The translations under genes were made by a program, and so were the position numbers. This document shows, piece by piece, positions 1 to 12,559 of a stretch of 64,000 bases of DNA. The stretch comes from Hemiscyllium ocellatum. Taxonomy: Eukaryota. The notes under the pieces are model-generated. The model worked only from the letters and a program-made list of their open reading frames with translations. It did not search any database and was not told the DNA's origin. How positions within the stretch are numbered: the first letter of the stretch is position 1; each line of letters begins with the position of its first letter. The DNA lies in the NCBI RefSeq assembly GCF_020745735.1, contig NC_083423.1, positions 32,426,001 to 32,490,000 of the forward strand, in the 5' to 3' direction.

Positions 1-919
1 TAAGCTACACCTCTTTCCTTAAAACTCACCAGTAGTCTCACCTCTACCACCGATAACTAGGCAAGGGTTAGACTTAGCACAGAAAGGAGGGTTGGTGATA
101 ACTCCAAATGGCCCATGATTGGTATGCAAAGGCCAATACAATAGGGAATATTCTGAATGAGCTCCCAAATATTTAATGTGGTTAGTTTACAAATATTCTA
201 ATCTTTTCTCAACATATTATAATTAGCATCTCAGTTAAGGTGAATATAATGATAAGGAATTCCTGATGTTATTACAATTGTTCTAAACAAAAATGTTAAA
301 TTTGGATTTGGAGGAGAATCTGGTTAAGAAACCAGGGAATGTATCCATCCTTAAAATTTTGCAAATGCTCAAGATTATTTAATGTACATTTTCACAATGC
401 CCATTTAGTCCTCTAAATAGGATAATTTAAAACCTCAAAACATTATTTTCACCTATCAGAGTTTACCAGCTACTATAGTCAGGATTCTTCTAATCAATAA
501 AATGATGAGCTTACTTTGCTTGAATAGTTAATTTAGTGTTATTTACGTACATGTTTAAACATGTAATTATATCCTGTTATACATTACTTTTAAACAGTTA
601 GAATATGAATATATAGCATCAGTTCTGATATAACACAATAGTTCAGTTCTCTACAATGTCACATCATGAGAAAATCATGTTAATGGGGCCGGAATCACAT
701 TATAGCCAATATAGATAAGGAAAGATCTCATTCTAAGAATAATAGCCTAAATCCTTCAGTTCTGTTAAAGCCAATATGTGTTGAAGAAAGATGCTTCATC
801 AAGAACCAACTGTATCTAGAATAATAGCCCATATTAAGGTCTTGGTGAAATTTCTGAATACTGTTTCACATCAATTTCCTTTTGTTAGTATTATTATGTT
901 GTTGATTATTTTTCTTTAG

Positions 920-1044
920 ATCAGAAGAGCTTGAAGCACTTCTGGTTCAGGAGCCATGGACCATATCATTTCCAAAATTGGATTGGAGCGTTTCATCAAA
1001 ATGTCTTTGGCAATGATGGACTCTCCCAAAATGGATAAGTTTTT
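920..1044 (+). CDS. Candidate start-codon exon of an unidentified gene (CDS 956-1044, MDHIISKIGLERFIKMSLAMMDSPKMDKF+tt)
   Basis: Acceptor ttatttttctttag|920, strong Kozak gagccATGg at 956, donor tt|gtaagt after 1044, non-repetitive sequence. No downstream partner exon found and peptide not recognised. Confidence 0.3.
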
Positions 1045-2834
1045 GTAAGTTGGCGCATTGTCTGTAAAATTGAGCTTCTGCCTACATTAATAAATTGGAA
1101 TTTCAGGTGTAATACCTGAAAAAGACAAATGGTAAAAGCTTATTAATGCATCAGGTAGGTGCTTTTAAGTGAAATTTAAATGACATGCATCCAACAGTAC
1201 TGACACGCAAAACATAACAGACCTGCACAAAATCAAATGGAAATTATATTTTAAACAAGTATAAAACTTCTATTATTTTGCTATCGACTGGGGGGTAATG
1301 CTTCAGTTCTATGTGATCATTATGGGTGGGACTGAGTGATGCCACGAGTCGGGTATTTACCATTCACTCACGTAGTTTGATTTGCCAGTCTGATGGGATA
1401 AATGCCTCCACAGAGTTTTAACTGCGAGGATCCATTGTGAAGTGAGTTTCCACGGTCTCAAACCCACAACACAACAGTGTCATTAAATTGATACTCTGGG
1501 ATAATTTCCAAGTGAACTAAAAAAATGTTACACCAATACAAGATTTCAGGCTGATATCTATTACTTAGTGTGAGACAAAACAACTGCACTGTGCACCAAT
1601 GATTTGCTTGAGGGGGTGATTTAAGAAAGGTTTTCAAAATGATTTTTGAGGGTGGGTAGTGAAAGCTTATTTTATTGATAGCTTACTAATGTCAAAACAG
1701 CATAGGCTCAGAATTAGCTTTTGAAAAATAAAGGGGTCATCAATTATTTTTTCAACACACTTGTAGGAAGATAATTAGTAAGGCAGGGAGGCTACAGAAA
1801 AGGGAAACAAATAAATATCTGAAAGGAAGAATGCCAACGGATACATGCAAAGTGCAGGAATAAGGAATGAAGTAATTTATTGGACAGATGCAGTGGGTCC
1901 TCTGTAATGAAAACACTGATTCCTTGATTTTAACCCATGACAGACTTGCCCTGAGACTGCTTGAGATTGACACCATATATTTTATAAAGAAAAATTTTCC
2001 ATTTTCCAATGTCTCCATCTCTCAGTTTAGAGTTTGGAATTCAATGAATGAAAATAAAAAGTCATTTTGCATAGTTCGTAATTTACAGAGGAAAAGTGTT
2101 TATTTTTTTTGCACACATGTCTGAATGGTATTATAATCTATTGTAAATGCATCAATTATAATGCAAGGATTCATAAAATAATACTAACTGAAAGCAAAAA
2201 CAGAAATTGCTGGACAAACTGGGAAATGCTGTAAACAACAAGTGGTCCATTCAATTCAATATCAATTTGATCAGTCCTATCAACCTTATAGGAGCTAGCA
2301 ATCATTTATTACTGTACAATTCCTGAAAACCTGGCAAGACCCCTGCTGGCATGCACATTAATAACCCTGACCTCATGTAAGGTGACCACACATACACATC
2401 TCCTAGCACTTTGCATTTTGTTTGTGAATGCATGGCAATTGCAATGTGAAAACTCACAGTTCAAGTGACTGTGTGCCTTGATCAGTGGAAAGATGAGCCA
2501 TTGAGTGCATATGCTTTTCGTAATTGATTCTTATTTGCCTCAGAGAACACAGGATGATAAACAGACCACAACGTCCTTTTCAATCAACCCTTCATGACCA
2601 TTAATGGCCCTGTTTACCTTTAGACCCCTTGACTTTTATGGTGCCAATGCTCTTTTTGGCCCCGAACTCTCCCCATATCGAAGTCAGAGAGATCTTGGCT
2701 TGCCTTGACACTTCCTTTGAGACCATACTGGCCCCTCCGAAAATCACATCTCAATCTGCTATATACAGCTGCCCCCTTACATTGCCAACACTTCCTCAGT
2801 CTCTGGGATAGTTAGACAGAGAGAACAAAAGGGA

Positions 2835-3545
2835 CTTTTAGACCAGTGATTCTGACATCAGTAGTGGGGAAGATGTTAGAGTCAATTATCAAGGATTTTA
2901 TAGCAGTAAAATGATTAGCCTTCATGGCAAGAGGATTCGAATATAGGAACAAGAATGACTTGCAGCAAATATTCAGGGCATTGGTGAGGCCACACCTGGA
3001 ATACTGTATGCAGTATTGGTCTTCTCATTTAAGGAATAATGTTCTTATTAAGAGGAATTGCAGTGAAGGTTTACCAAATTGATGTCTGTGATGGCAGGAC
3101 TGACATTTTAGGAGAGATTGAGTCAGTTAGGATGTATTCACTGGAGTTTAGAAGAATGAGGGAGATCTCATAGAAACCTACAAAATTCTAACAGGGCTCA
3201 GTAGGTTAGATGCAGGAAGGATGTTCCCAATGTGGGAGTCTAAAACTAAGATAATTAAAGATGAGGGTGAAAGTTTAGGAATGCAGTGAGCAGACACTTC
3301 CTTGTTCAGAAAGTGGTGAGCTTGTGGAATTCACCACCATAGAAAGTGGTTGAAGCCAAAACTTTGAATGTTTTCAAGAAGGAGGACGATACAGTTCTTG
3401 TTGCTAAAGAGATCAAGTGATATGAAGGATGGGTGGGATTAGGTATTGAGCTTGATGATTAGCTACGATCACATTGAATGGCAGAGCAGGCTCAAGCTGC
3501 CAAACGCCCTACTCCTGCTCCTGTCTTTTTTGTTTCTGTGTTTTT
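2835..3545 (+). mobile_element. CR1 LINE 3' fragment (decayed, internally deleted)
   Basis: RT C-terminal motif LVRPHLEYC.Q.WS (gtgaggccacacctggaatactgt) and 3' UTR ending cctactcctgctcct..tttctgtgtttttatg. Confidence 0.85.
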
Positions 3546-4169
3546 ATGAGGCTAAATCCCAGGCTTGATTGCCCTGCAGCCTCAATACGGATATGGACTG
3601 ACCGTTCTATCCCTGAGTTAGTTAGACATTGTCAACGATCCTCCACCTTCCCCCAATCAATGTGATAGTGGCCCATCTATTGGACAGGCTTTACACGGCC
3701 GCTCTGACTGTGCCAAGCTGATTTTGCTTGACTCTAAGGCCAACTCCCTGGCTGAAGCCATGCGGAACATCAGACTTATATTTGATGAACCATCTGAACA
3801 ATTACACCCTATCACCCAGACTAGCAATGGCCAACCAGCTCCTGGACTGATTTAGCTCAATCCCCTGAATGACTGGAATCTACCCCCAGCACAATAAGAT
3901 TATCTGTTTGTTTGACTCTAGCTCTAATAGATGCTTTACCTGATATGGCACTGTATGTGTCATCTTCCTTAACATAAGATGTGAATATTGTGGCTTTGAA
4001 GAATCCAAGAGGCGTATTTTACAAATTATTTCTCTATACAAAACTATCTTCCTCAACTCCTAAGCATCTGGAATAATATTAAAACAGGAGTATGTTCTAA
4101 TAGATTATCACATTTCAAGTGGTATTGTCACATCTGGTTTGTATACTGCTTTGTATATAAACTGACAAC

Positions 4170-4745
4170 TGACATCCTGTAGGACTGACATATGAAGACA
4201 GACTGGATTGCTAAGGACTATATTCGAAGGAGTTCAGAAGAATGAAGGTGAATCTCACAGAAAGCTATGAAATTTTAACAGAACTACACCGGGAAAGTGT
4301 CAGAAAAGTGTTCCTGATGACCAGGGAATCAGGGACCATGGGTCACAATTTAGGACTTTTAGGACTGAGATGAGGAGAAATTTCTTCACCCAAAGATGGC
4401 GAGGTTATGGAGCTCTCTGCCACAGAAAGTGGTTGAGGCTAAAGCATTGTATGTTTTCAAGAAATAGTTCTTAGGGCTAGAAGTATTAAAGCGTATGGGG
4501 ACGAGGCAACAACAGAACACCGAGTTGGATAATCAGCCATGATCATGTTCATAAGTTCATGAGATATAGGGGCAGAATTAGGCCATTTGGGCCATTGAGT
4601 CTGCTCTGCCATTCAATCATGGTTGATATGCTCCTAACCCCCCTGTTTTCCTGCCTTCTCTCCAGATCCCTTCAACCCATTACCAACATTGAATGACAGA
4701 GCAGGTCGAATGGCCTATGCTATTCTTTAAGATTTATGATTCTTT
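4170..4745 (+). mobile_element. CR1 3' fragment with a nested antisense CR1 tail (about 4550-4688)
   Basis: aggactgagatgaggagaaatttcttcaccca motif. The 3' UTR is interrupted by cataagttcatgagatatagg..., a minus-strand tail. Confidence 0.75.
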
Positions 4746-5769
4746 ATGCCTATACTTTAAGATTCACTGATTGCAATGTACTCCAGATGACCTGAGTTTG
4801 TAAAAGAACTCTTTCATTTGATAGCATCCTTTAAAATAAGGACTGAAGTGTCTGACTTTGTTTGCACTGAGGAATTAATTTGGCTTTTCCCTCTTTTGTA
4901 TTACAACCTTTATCATCCAAAGTTAAATTTAAAATGTATTTATATTGTGAAAGAAGTTGTTTACTGTTGTTTAATGCTCACCAGCAGAGTGAATTGTGAT
5001 TCCTGCCATTAGTTAATTCAGCTAACTACTGCACATGTAATGGGCTCTGTTTTCACCGTGACCACTGCTTCATATTATTGATGGTCAGCATTTTTCGAAG
5101 AGAGTCTGGATTTCTGCATTAGTGAAATTGCTTTTATCTTCAAAAGAAATGAAAAGGGCTAAAGTCAGGACCTTTCTGGAGCTTATTAAATCTTACTACA
5201 TTTCTGGAGGATGCTCAGGCAAAGAGTTCCATTATTGTTCAGCTAACATTTATGAAGCTTTTCATGTGAAATATATAGCAAGGGACAGCTGTATTCAAGG
5301 AGAGCTTTACTTCAATAACCTGGAGAAGGACCATTAGAAGCACTGGATGAATTACATATATTTGCAGACTGTTTTTAAGTGTTATTGCCTTGTACTTTAT
5401 GACAAGTGTTTATATTGTTTATTCTTCAACGTAGAACTTGAATATTTATATTTGTGAAAGAAAAATGTTTAGCATTTTTTAATGTCAGTCAGAAAGATGA
5501 ATTCTGATTGCCGCCTTATGTTAAGATGGCTACCTGTTGCACATGTAATAGGTTCAACTTCCATAATGATCTCTATATTATGTCATTAATAGCAAAAAAT
5601 GATTAGAACTTCATTGAGCAGTAAAGTGCTTTGAGATATCATGAGATCACAAAAACACTATAAAAATGGAAATTCTTTCTATCTTTCATACCAAATACAT
5701 TTTATTACATTAGCTATAGTGCCAATAACTCCATTTGTTAATTTTAATGCCGACAATCGTAGTTTTAAA

Positions 5770-6730
5770 CTCAATACTTTAAAAATTCTTAAGAGTGAAG
5801 ATATAATGGGTTACAAAATGTATTGTTAAGTTAGAGGCAATGATTATGCAAATTAAGATTGTATTCCTGTGATTTTAAAGGGTAAACGATGATTTGATCA
5901 AAGTTTTCAAGCTTCTAAGGGTAACTGATAGAAACTATTTATAGGGTTTGCAATCTAGAATGAAGGGAAATTATTTAAAAGTTAGAGTCAGGTCTTTCAA
6001 GAATGAAGCAACAAAACATCCATATGCAAAGGATAGTAGAGGTTCGTTATTCACTTCCACAAACAACAGCTGACATCAGATAATTTGACAATTTTAAATC
6101 TGAGATCTGAAGTCAGATGCTGGAGAGCTGAAACAAAAAACAAAATTGCTGGCAAAACCCAACAGGTCTGGCAGCATCTGTGATGAGAAAGCAGAGTTAT
6201 TGTTTTTGATATTGTTTCAGACTTGAAATAATAAATCTGCTTTCTCCCCACAGATGTGATCAGACCTGTTGAGTTACCCAAGCAATTTCTGTTTTGGTTT
6301 CAGATCTCTATCATTCACAGTTCTTCGTTTTAGGTTAGATCTTTGTGAATATAATTATTAAGGAATATGGGACAAAGATGGCTGCATCTGCTACTTTATC
6401 ACTGAATGCTCAAACATGCTTCTGGAGTTAAATAGCCTACTACCAGTTGGTATATTTAAACCTGGCTTTCTTAAACCAGACCTACAAGGAAAAGGCAGAT
6501 TTCAACTTGTGTGAAATGTATTGCACTTACAGTATTAGGGTGATTTTTGAATACTTTGCGGACACTTAAGGCTGGGAAAGATAGATTCATGATCAGAAGG
6601 GGAATTAAGGGTTACAGGGAAAAGGCAGGAAGGTGGATTTGAGGAATTTTAGATCAGCCTTTTGAATAGTGGTACAGTTTTGAGGGGCTGAATGGTCTAC
6701 TCTTGTTCCAACTTCTTATGGCCTTATGAA
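5770..6730 (+). mobile_element. Two old CR1 3' fragments (about 5770-6460 and 6500-6730)
   Basis: Degenerate RT C-terminus and 3' UTR tails (aatagcctactacc; gggctgaatggtctactcttgttcc..ttcttatg). Confidence 0.55.
6118..6331. mobile_element. Old Penelope terminal-repeat fold-back hairpin (family C)
   Basis: Arm aaaattgctggcaaaacccaacaggtctggcagcatctgtg is inverted against cacagatgtgatcagacctgttgagttacccaagcaattt. Same tail as 21681, 44034 and 58105. Confidence 0.7.
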
Positions 6731-6887
6731 GGAGAACAATAACTTCAAAAAACACAAATTGTAAGACAAAAAGTCTTAAAGGTCTTTAAAGCATATTTCA
6801 TATAATCACAGCATATTTTACAGCAAATTAAAGACCTATGAAGCATTGTGACTGTTATAATGTGGGAAAATAGTGACTAATTCTCAC

Positions 6888-7524
6888 TGTTATGGACCAG
6901 ACCAATCCCCATCAAAATATATTTGGTGGATAGTCTAGACGCTAACTTTTTTCTTATTTTAAAGCTAAGTGTAAGGCATTGTGTTCGAAATGCAATTCAA
7001 TTGGTTAAGCTACTTGACCTAAAGCAAAACAGACTTTATTTTTGCATACATTTAAAATATAGACAAAATAAAAATATAATTATATTAACTAACTCGATTG
7101 AAATGCTTAACAAAACAATACATGTATATTAAAACTTCTACTAATTAACTATTCCGATATAGCAACATCCTATAAACACACCCTTGGCAAAGGCAAATTC
7201 AGTAAAATATATTGTCTCATATGCAATTCTAGCAGTAGAATAAAAACCCTAACTTCTTTTTTGTGACAGAAAGAAGAATACGAGCTTTCACATCCAGCTT
7301 CAAGAACCAGTAACTGCTGATGGTTAAAATTAAAAATCCTGGTTCTGTGGGAAGTTGACCCCACCCATTCAGGCTGCTTTTATTGTTCCAACATTTTTTT
7401 TAAAAAAACAAGGTCTCACAAGCTGTTGACTCTATTGGTTTTGAGCAGACTGTTCATTACCTCTCTCTCAACCTTCCTTCACAAAAAAATCAAGTACATC
7501 TCTTAATTCCATAGTATCATCACA
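6888..7524. mobile_element. Probable solo LTR inserted into a Deu-type SINE
   Basis: Starts TGTTATG and ends CATCACA (short inverted ends), about 637 bp. Splits a SINE whose parts lie on both sides. TSD ambiguous. Confidence 0.55.
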
Positions 7525-7780
7525 ATGCATGGTGAGTGTGACAAATAACTACATATTCTTTTTTAATGATCCTAGTTGATTGGAAAGCTGGCACTGGGAG
7601 AATTTTGTTGATTCTCTTCCTATAGTGCTCCTTACATCCAGCTGAGAGGGTAGACATGTCTTTGATTTAACTTCTCATCCAAAAGATAGCACCTCTAATA
7701 ATCCAGCACTTCCCGGAGTGGAGAATTGATATGCAATCATCTGATTCAAAAGGAGAGCAACTGTTCATCCAAAACAGATT
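7525..7780 (-). mobile_element. Deu-domain SINE remnant (SacSINE1/AmnSINE-like); its tail lies at about 6790-6887
   Basis: Minus strand reads agaggtgctatcttttggatgagaagttaaatc, resembling the Deu-domain core ggtgccgtctttcggatgagacgttaaacc. Confidence 0.55.
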
Positions 7781-8474
7781 CCATATTTCAACCTTACCAT
7801 TTGTAAATGATTTCACTTTCTGTTCTTCCTTTCTACATTTTGTTTCTGATATTTATTCCACAGCTTATTTCAGTATGTTCTTTGGCTTCATAAATTTACA
7901 AAGACTAAAACATAAAACACTTCAAAAGGTTAAAAAGTAGTAACAAAATGCAGTAGATTATTAGCAAAGTGAACTTAATGAGGCACTAGTGGATGGTTGT
8001 TTCAGTTTCTCTATCCTGTGACAGAGCAATAGACAGGGATAACATTTTTAAGATTCATACCATTAATATCTGAGTATTCTAGGCTTCAAAAATTTGTTTC
8101 ACATTAAATTTAAAACAGTCTTGCATAAAACATGCAGAGTTCAAGGTTGCCAATTGACTGAAAGCAAAAGGTAAATCAGAAATGTAATGCCCTCACATGA
8201 ATTAGAGATTTCAGTTATATATCAGAGTTGGGCTAGCCAAAACAGATTTGACTATTTGGTTCCATACTGGTTACCCAAATCATTTTAATTCATTTAGATA
8301 AAGTTAAACTGAACCTGATTTTTGTAATAATTTTGTTTTATTTTTAGCCCTAGTCTGTTTAAAACAAAAAATAGGATCCTTAAGATATTGTTTTCTGTAT
8401 CATTAAATACAACTATGTATCAGAATAAAACTTTCAAAAAGGAAAATCACTTCTTAATGTTTTTGAATTTTAAT

Positions 8475-8870
8475 AGAACATGGAATAATGCAGCAGAGAA
8501 ACAGGCCATTCGGCCTACCATGTCTGGGCTGACCATATGTAATTCTAAATTAATCCCATCTGCTTTCACACAGTCCATACCTCTCAATTCCCTGCCAGTA
8601 AACTTCATATTGTATCTGCTTCTACCACCACCCCCTCTTCAACCACCTCCCCATCCCCACCCTACTCCTCTCCTCCCTGAGCTCCGGTCTCGAGGCAACT
8701 ACCACCTTCTGTGTAAAAAATACTCATCTTGCACATTTCCTTTAAACTTTCCCCTCTCACCTTAAATAAAACCTCGAGTATTTGACCTTTCCACCAGAGG
8801 AAAGGGACTCTGACTATCCTCCTTATCTATGCCTCATACTTTTATATACTTATTCATTCATCCAAAATTT
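8475..8870 (-). mobile_element. CR1 3' fragment
   Basis: Plus strand shows acaggccattcggcctacc and accaccttctgtgtaaaaaa..tttaaactttcccctctcacctt, the antisense CR1 3' end. Confidence 0.7.
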
Positions 8871-9017
8871 TATATATTTATATTATTCAAACATATTGCT
8901 CAATGTTGATAGCAGAGTTCAGAATCCCAAAAAAATTTCAAAGGGATTTTATTTCATGTTTTCTATTTTGTGCAAGCTAAGTGTAATTAACTCAAGTAGA
9001 CCTAAAGTTTGGGATTC

Positions 9018-9217
9018 GGCAAAAGTGAGGACTGCAGGTGCTGGAAACCAGAGTTTAGATTCGAGTGGTGCTGGAAATGCACAGCAAGTCAGGCAGCTTC
9101 CGAGGAGCAGGAAAATCAATGTTTCCTGATGAAGCCCTTTTGCCCAAAATGTCAATTTTCATGCTCCTCGGATGCTGCCTGACCTGCTGTGCTTTTCCAG
9201 CACCACTCTGATCTAAA
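9018..9217. mobile_element. Penelope terminal-repeat fold-back element (family A), 16-bp TSD
   Basis: TSD ctaaagtttg(g/a)gattc at 9002-9017 and 9218-9233, inverted arms, degenerate hammerhead core cctgatgaag...gcccaaaatgtc at the centre. Confidence 0.88.
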
Positions 9218-10315
9218 CTAAAGTTTGAGATTCTTAGGCCGTAGCACATGTAGGAGTATCCAGTGTCTTTGTGACAAGTATGTCAAAAGTCACTTCCATT
9301 GCCATCTTCCCATTAACTTCTGTCCCTTTGATTAAAACCTCAGAGCTTTTGCATTTACAATTTCAATTCTCATGTCTGGACATCATTTGATTGTATAATA
9401 ATTTGTTTTGCATTCTTTTTAAATACAACATTCCTGGGTACAATATTCATGGCCATGGACCACCAATCAACTAGAAATAAACAAACCCATTATGGGGATG
9501 TTTTTTTCCTAAATACTTTGAGCCATTAAAGAGTTGCAGACCCCATCACCATAAAGGATGTGAGGTGTGTGCAAGGAATGGTCACTCTGACGATCACAAA
9601 GTCTCTCGTTGACTATTAAGCTGCCTATAAGCATCAAAGCTACTGCATGTTAGTTTGTTTGCTTCTGCAAATTCGTGACACTGTCTAATAGTGAACAATT
9701 GAAGAAGTCATTGGTGAGAACTTGCAGCACCATGGAAAGTCATGGTCAGCTCTTAATGATTATTGGCTGCTGGAAATGTTCTCCCAGGATGACTTTAGAC
9801 AGAGATTCTTGAAATACATCAGGATGGCCTTTTGCAACACTTTGCAAGATTCTGGGGTGGAGGGGAGTCAGTTTAATTGACTCTTTGAGGGGGGGGTGGC
9901 TAAGATATTTTGAAAAAATAATACTATATATTGGTTTATTGACATCTTCTCAATTCTATCTGGTTTTCTCAGGGGTGGACTGAGGCCACTACCTGAAACC
10001 TACATCTGTGAACAATTGTGAGCAATTTTCTCACCATACCACACTTTTCTGGCATATTTCAACACCTTGGCACTTTAGAGGTGGTGGCTGCAAGTGAGGA
10101 AGTCAGTGTCAAGTTTTCTGGATGAAATTGGCAAGGCTGGTATATTCCCATATCAAAGACTTATCATTGATTAGGGTTTCTCAGAAATGGATGTCTCCAG
10201 TATTGCTGGAACTGATACAGAGCCAGCTATTCTGTAACGAAGGCTCCTCCGTTGTGCCCAGCCACGCTTGCTGCTTAGACTTGAGCAATACTTCCACTAG
10301 CCACTAGTGAGACCT

Positions 10316-10481
10316 AGGTAAAAACAATGACTGCAGATGCTGGAAACCAGATTCTGGATCAGTGGTGCTGGAAGAGCACAGCAGTTCAGGCAGCATCCAA
10401 CGAGCAGTGAAATCGACGTTTTGCCCGAAATGTCGATTTCACTGCTCGTTGGATGCTGCCTGAACTGCTGTGCTCTTCCAG
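10316..10481. mobile_element. Penelope terminal-repeat fold-back element (family A), 14-bp TSD
   Basis: Perfect TSD cactagtgagacct at 10302-10315 and 10482-10495. 57-bp stem (10365-10421 / 10428-10484) with one mismatch. Nearly identical to the reverse complement of 62030-62127. Confidence 0.92.
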
Positions 10482-11358
10482 CACTAGTGAGACCTGTCAA
10501 CTGTCTTTACAAAAGATCATGCTGTATTCACTTCCTCTCCTTTGAAACCAACTATCATCCATAATGACACAATGAATGCAGAGGTGACAACTTAATCAGT
10601 CAAAGTGCTGGAAGGCAGATTGCTTTATGAAGTTCGATCAGAAAATCCATGCCAAAATTCAGACCTGTCAAAGCAACAGAATTGACATGTTTCCTGTCAA
10701 TTCTCTGAAGGAATTCTACTAACTGGAGTGAGTTCTGCGGTACTCTGAACTTAATGCAAATTGTTTGAATCTACCACGATTACTTGGTAATGTCTAACTG
10801 GATACTGTAAAAGAAAGGGCAAGAAGGTTAGATGGGCTCTGACCTTCCTGTTCCCAATCAACCCCATCTCTGACCCCACCAATATCTTGTGGGTACTGTA
10901 CCATAAAGGATTGCGAGTGTTTTGTATGGATTAATGTGTGCAAGAATGTAATGCCACCCTCTGTGGTGAAATCAGAGATAATGTGGAAGGAAAACTTCAC
11001 ACAACACAGATGTATGCATCATGTTAATGTGTACATAGTTTACAATATGCAATATGCATATAGAAAAAAGTCAAAATAACAGCCGTTTTAAAAGGGAGAA
11101 AACAGACAAAGGAAGCACATAGCGAGGTCAGTGCAGGAGAGAAAGAGAGAGAAAGAAGCTGACATCACAGTGAACCTACCCAATTACTGCCTTTGCTGTT
11201 AAATTCAGGTATCGCTGGACTTCGGAGTGCATCTGGGAAAATTAAGAAACAGTGAAATTCACAACTGATCTTGGAGGAACTATTTGGACAAAGTCACAGT
11301 GCAGAAATAGATAAGTAAAGTGTTTTAAGTGTGGCCTACAGAAGGTCTGCAGTAGTGA

Positions 11359-11456
11359 TGATTTGGAGATGCCGGTATTGAACTAGGGTGTACAAAGTTA
11401 AAAATCGCACAACACCAGGTTATAGTCCAACTGGTTTAATCGGAAGCACACGAGCT
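11359..11456 (-). mobile_element. Penelope family B terminal fragment inserted in the CR1 5' region
   Basis: Matches the arm of the 19777 hairpin. Flanked by tctgcagtagtga (11346-11358) and tctgcaatagaga (11457-11469). Confidence 0.8.
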
Positions 11457-11619
11457 TCTGCAATAGAGAGTAGAGTTGGTTCTTTCTTGGTTATATGTTT
11501 TTGGAGATATGTCTCTTGATTAAACTTAAAATATAAGCCATAACTATTAAGTTAACCTGGGGCAGTGTTTTTTAGGGAAATAAGACAGTGCTATTTTCTG
11601 GGTCTGTGAAGGAGCAAAA

Positions 11620-12550
11620 ATGGCCTTTAGTAGAGTGATGTGTGCTTCTTGTCAGATGTGGGAATTTAAGGAGAATTTACGGGTTACTGTGGATTATATC
11701 TGCAATAAATGCTGTTGGTTGCAAATCCTATCAGATCAAATGGATCGGTTAGAGAGACTTTGCAACAGCAACAGTATGTGATGGATAGCAGTGATAGGAA
11801 GGAGGGGATGTCTCAGACACAGTCATATAGATCGGTTAACTCCAGGAAAGGTAATAGAGGTAGGCAGGTAGTATAGGAGTCTCCTGTGGATATCCCCATT
11901 TCAAACAAGTATGCTATTTTGGAAAATGTAGGGGGTGATTGATTCACAGGTGACCGTAGCATGAACAGCCAAGTTTCTGGTATTGAGACCGGCTCTAATG
12001 CAACGAGGGGTACGTCAGGTTCCAAGAGATCAATTGTGTTAGGGGACTCTCTAGTCCGAGGTAGAGACAGATGTTTCTGTGGCCAGCAGAGAAAAATCAG
12101 AATGGTGTGCTGCTTCCCTGGTGCCAGGATCGTGGATGTCTCAGAGAGGGTGCAGAATGTTCTCAATGGGGAGGGGGGGGGGGGCAGCAAAAGGTCATTG
12201 TCCACATTGGAACCAATGACATAGGAAGGGAAAAGGTTGAGATTCTGAAGGAAGATTGCAGAGAATTAGGCAGGAATTTACAAAGGAGATCCTCGAGACC
12301 AGTAATATCTGGATGTTATGAGCATACCCCAGTGCTACGAGCTAGTGATGGCAAGAATAGGAGGATAGAGCAGATGAATGCATGGCTGAGGAGCTGGGGT
12401 ATGGGAGAAGGATTCACATTTTTGGATCGTTGGAATCTCTTTTGGGGCAGAAGTGACCTGTACAGGTAGGATGGATTGCACCTAAATTGGAAGGGCACTA
12501 ATGTACTGGCAGGGAGATTTGCTAGAACTGCTCAGGAGGATTAAAACTAG
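11620..12550 (+). pseudogene. CR1 ORF1 (CxxC/CxKC zinc finger, coiled coil, SGNH/GDSL esterase), frameshifted
   Basis: MAFSRVMCASCQMWEF...YICNKCCWLQILSDQMDRLER; VLGDSLVRG; HIGTND; DGLHLN. Confidence 0.9.
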
Positions 12551-12559
12551 TATAAATGG

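Larger units (their letters stand above)
8985..10700 (+). mobile_element. Highly decayed Gypsy pol remnant, interrupted by two Penelope hairpins
   Basis: Faint RT motifs: QVDLK.G near 8995, PF...PE.F near 9325, FLG.NI..HG near 9432, AIKELQTPITIKDVRCVQGMV at about 9522-9585. Confidence 0.45.

Noticed and set aside
996-1115. Minus-strand terminal-exon candidate VLHLKFQFINVGRSSILQTMRQLTKTYPFWESPSLPKTF*
   Set aside because: Only an acceptor supports it, it overlaps the better plus-strand candidate, and the peptide is not recognised.
8949-10564. Signal-peptide-like ORFs (LLLGSCLTCCAFPAP..., LLVGCCLNCCALPA...)
   Set aside because: Artefacts of translating the Penelope terminal-repeat palindromes; the same peptide recurs at 62015.
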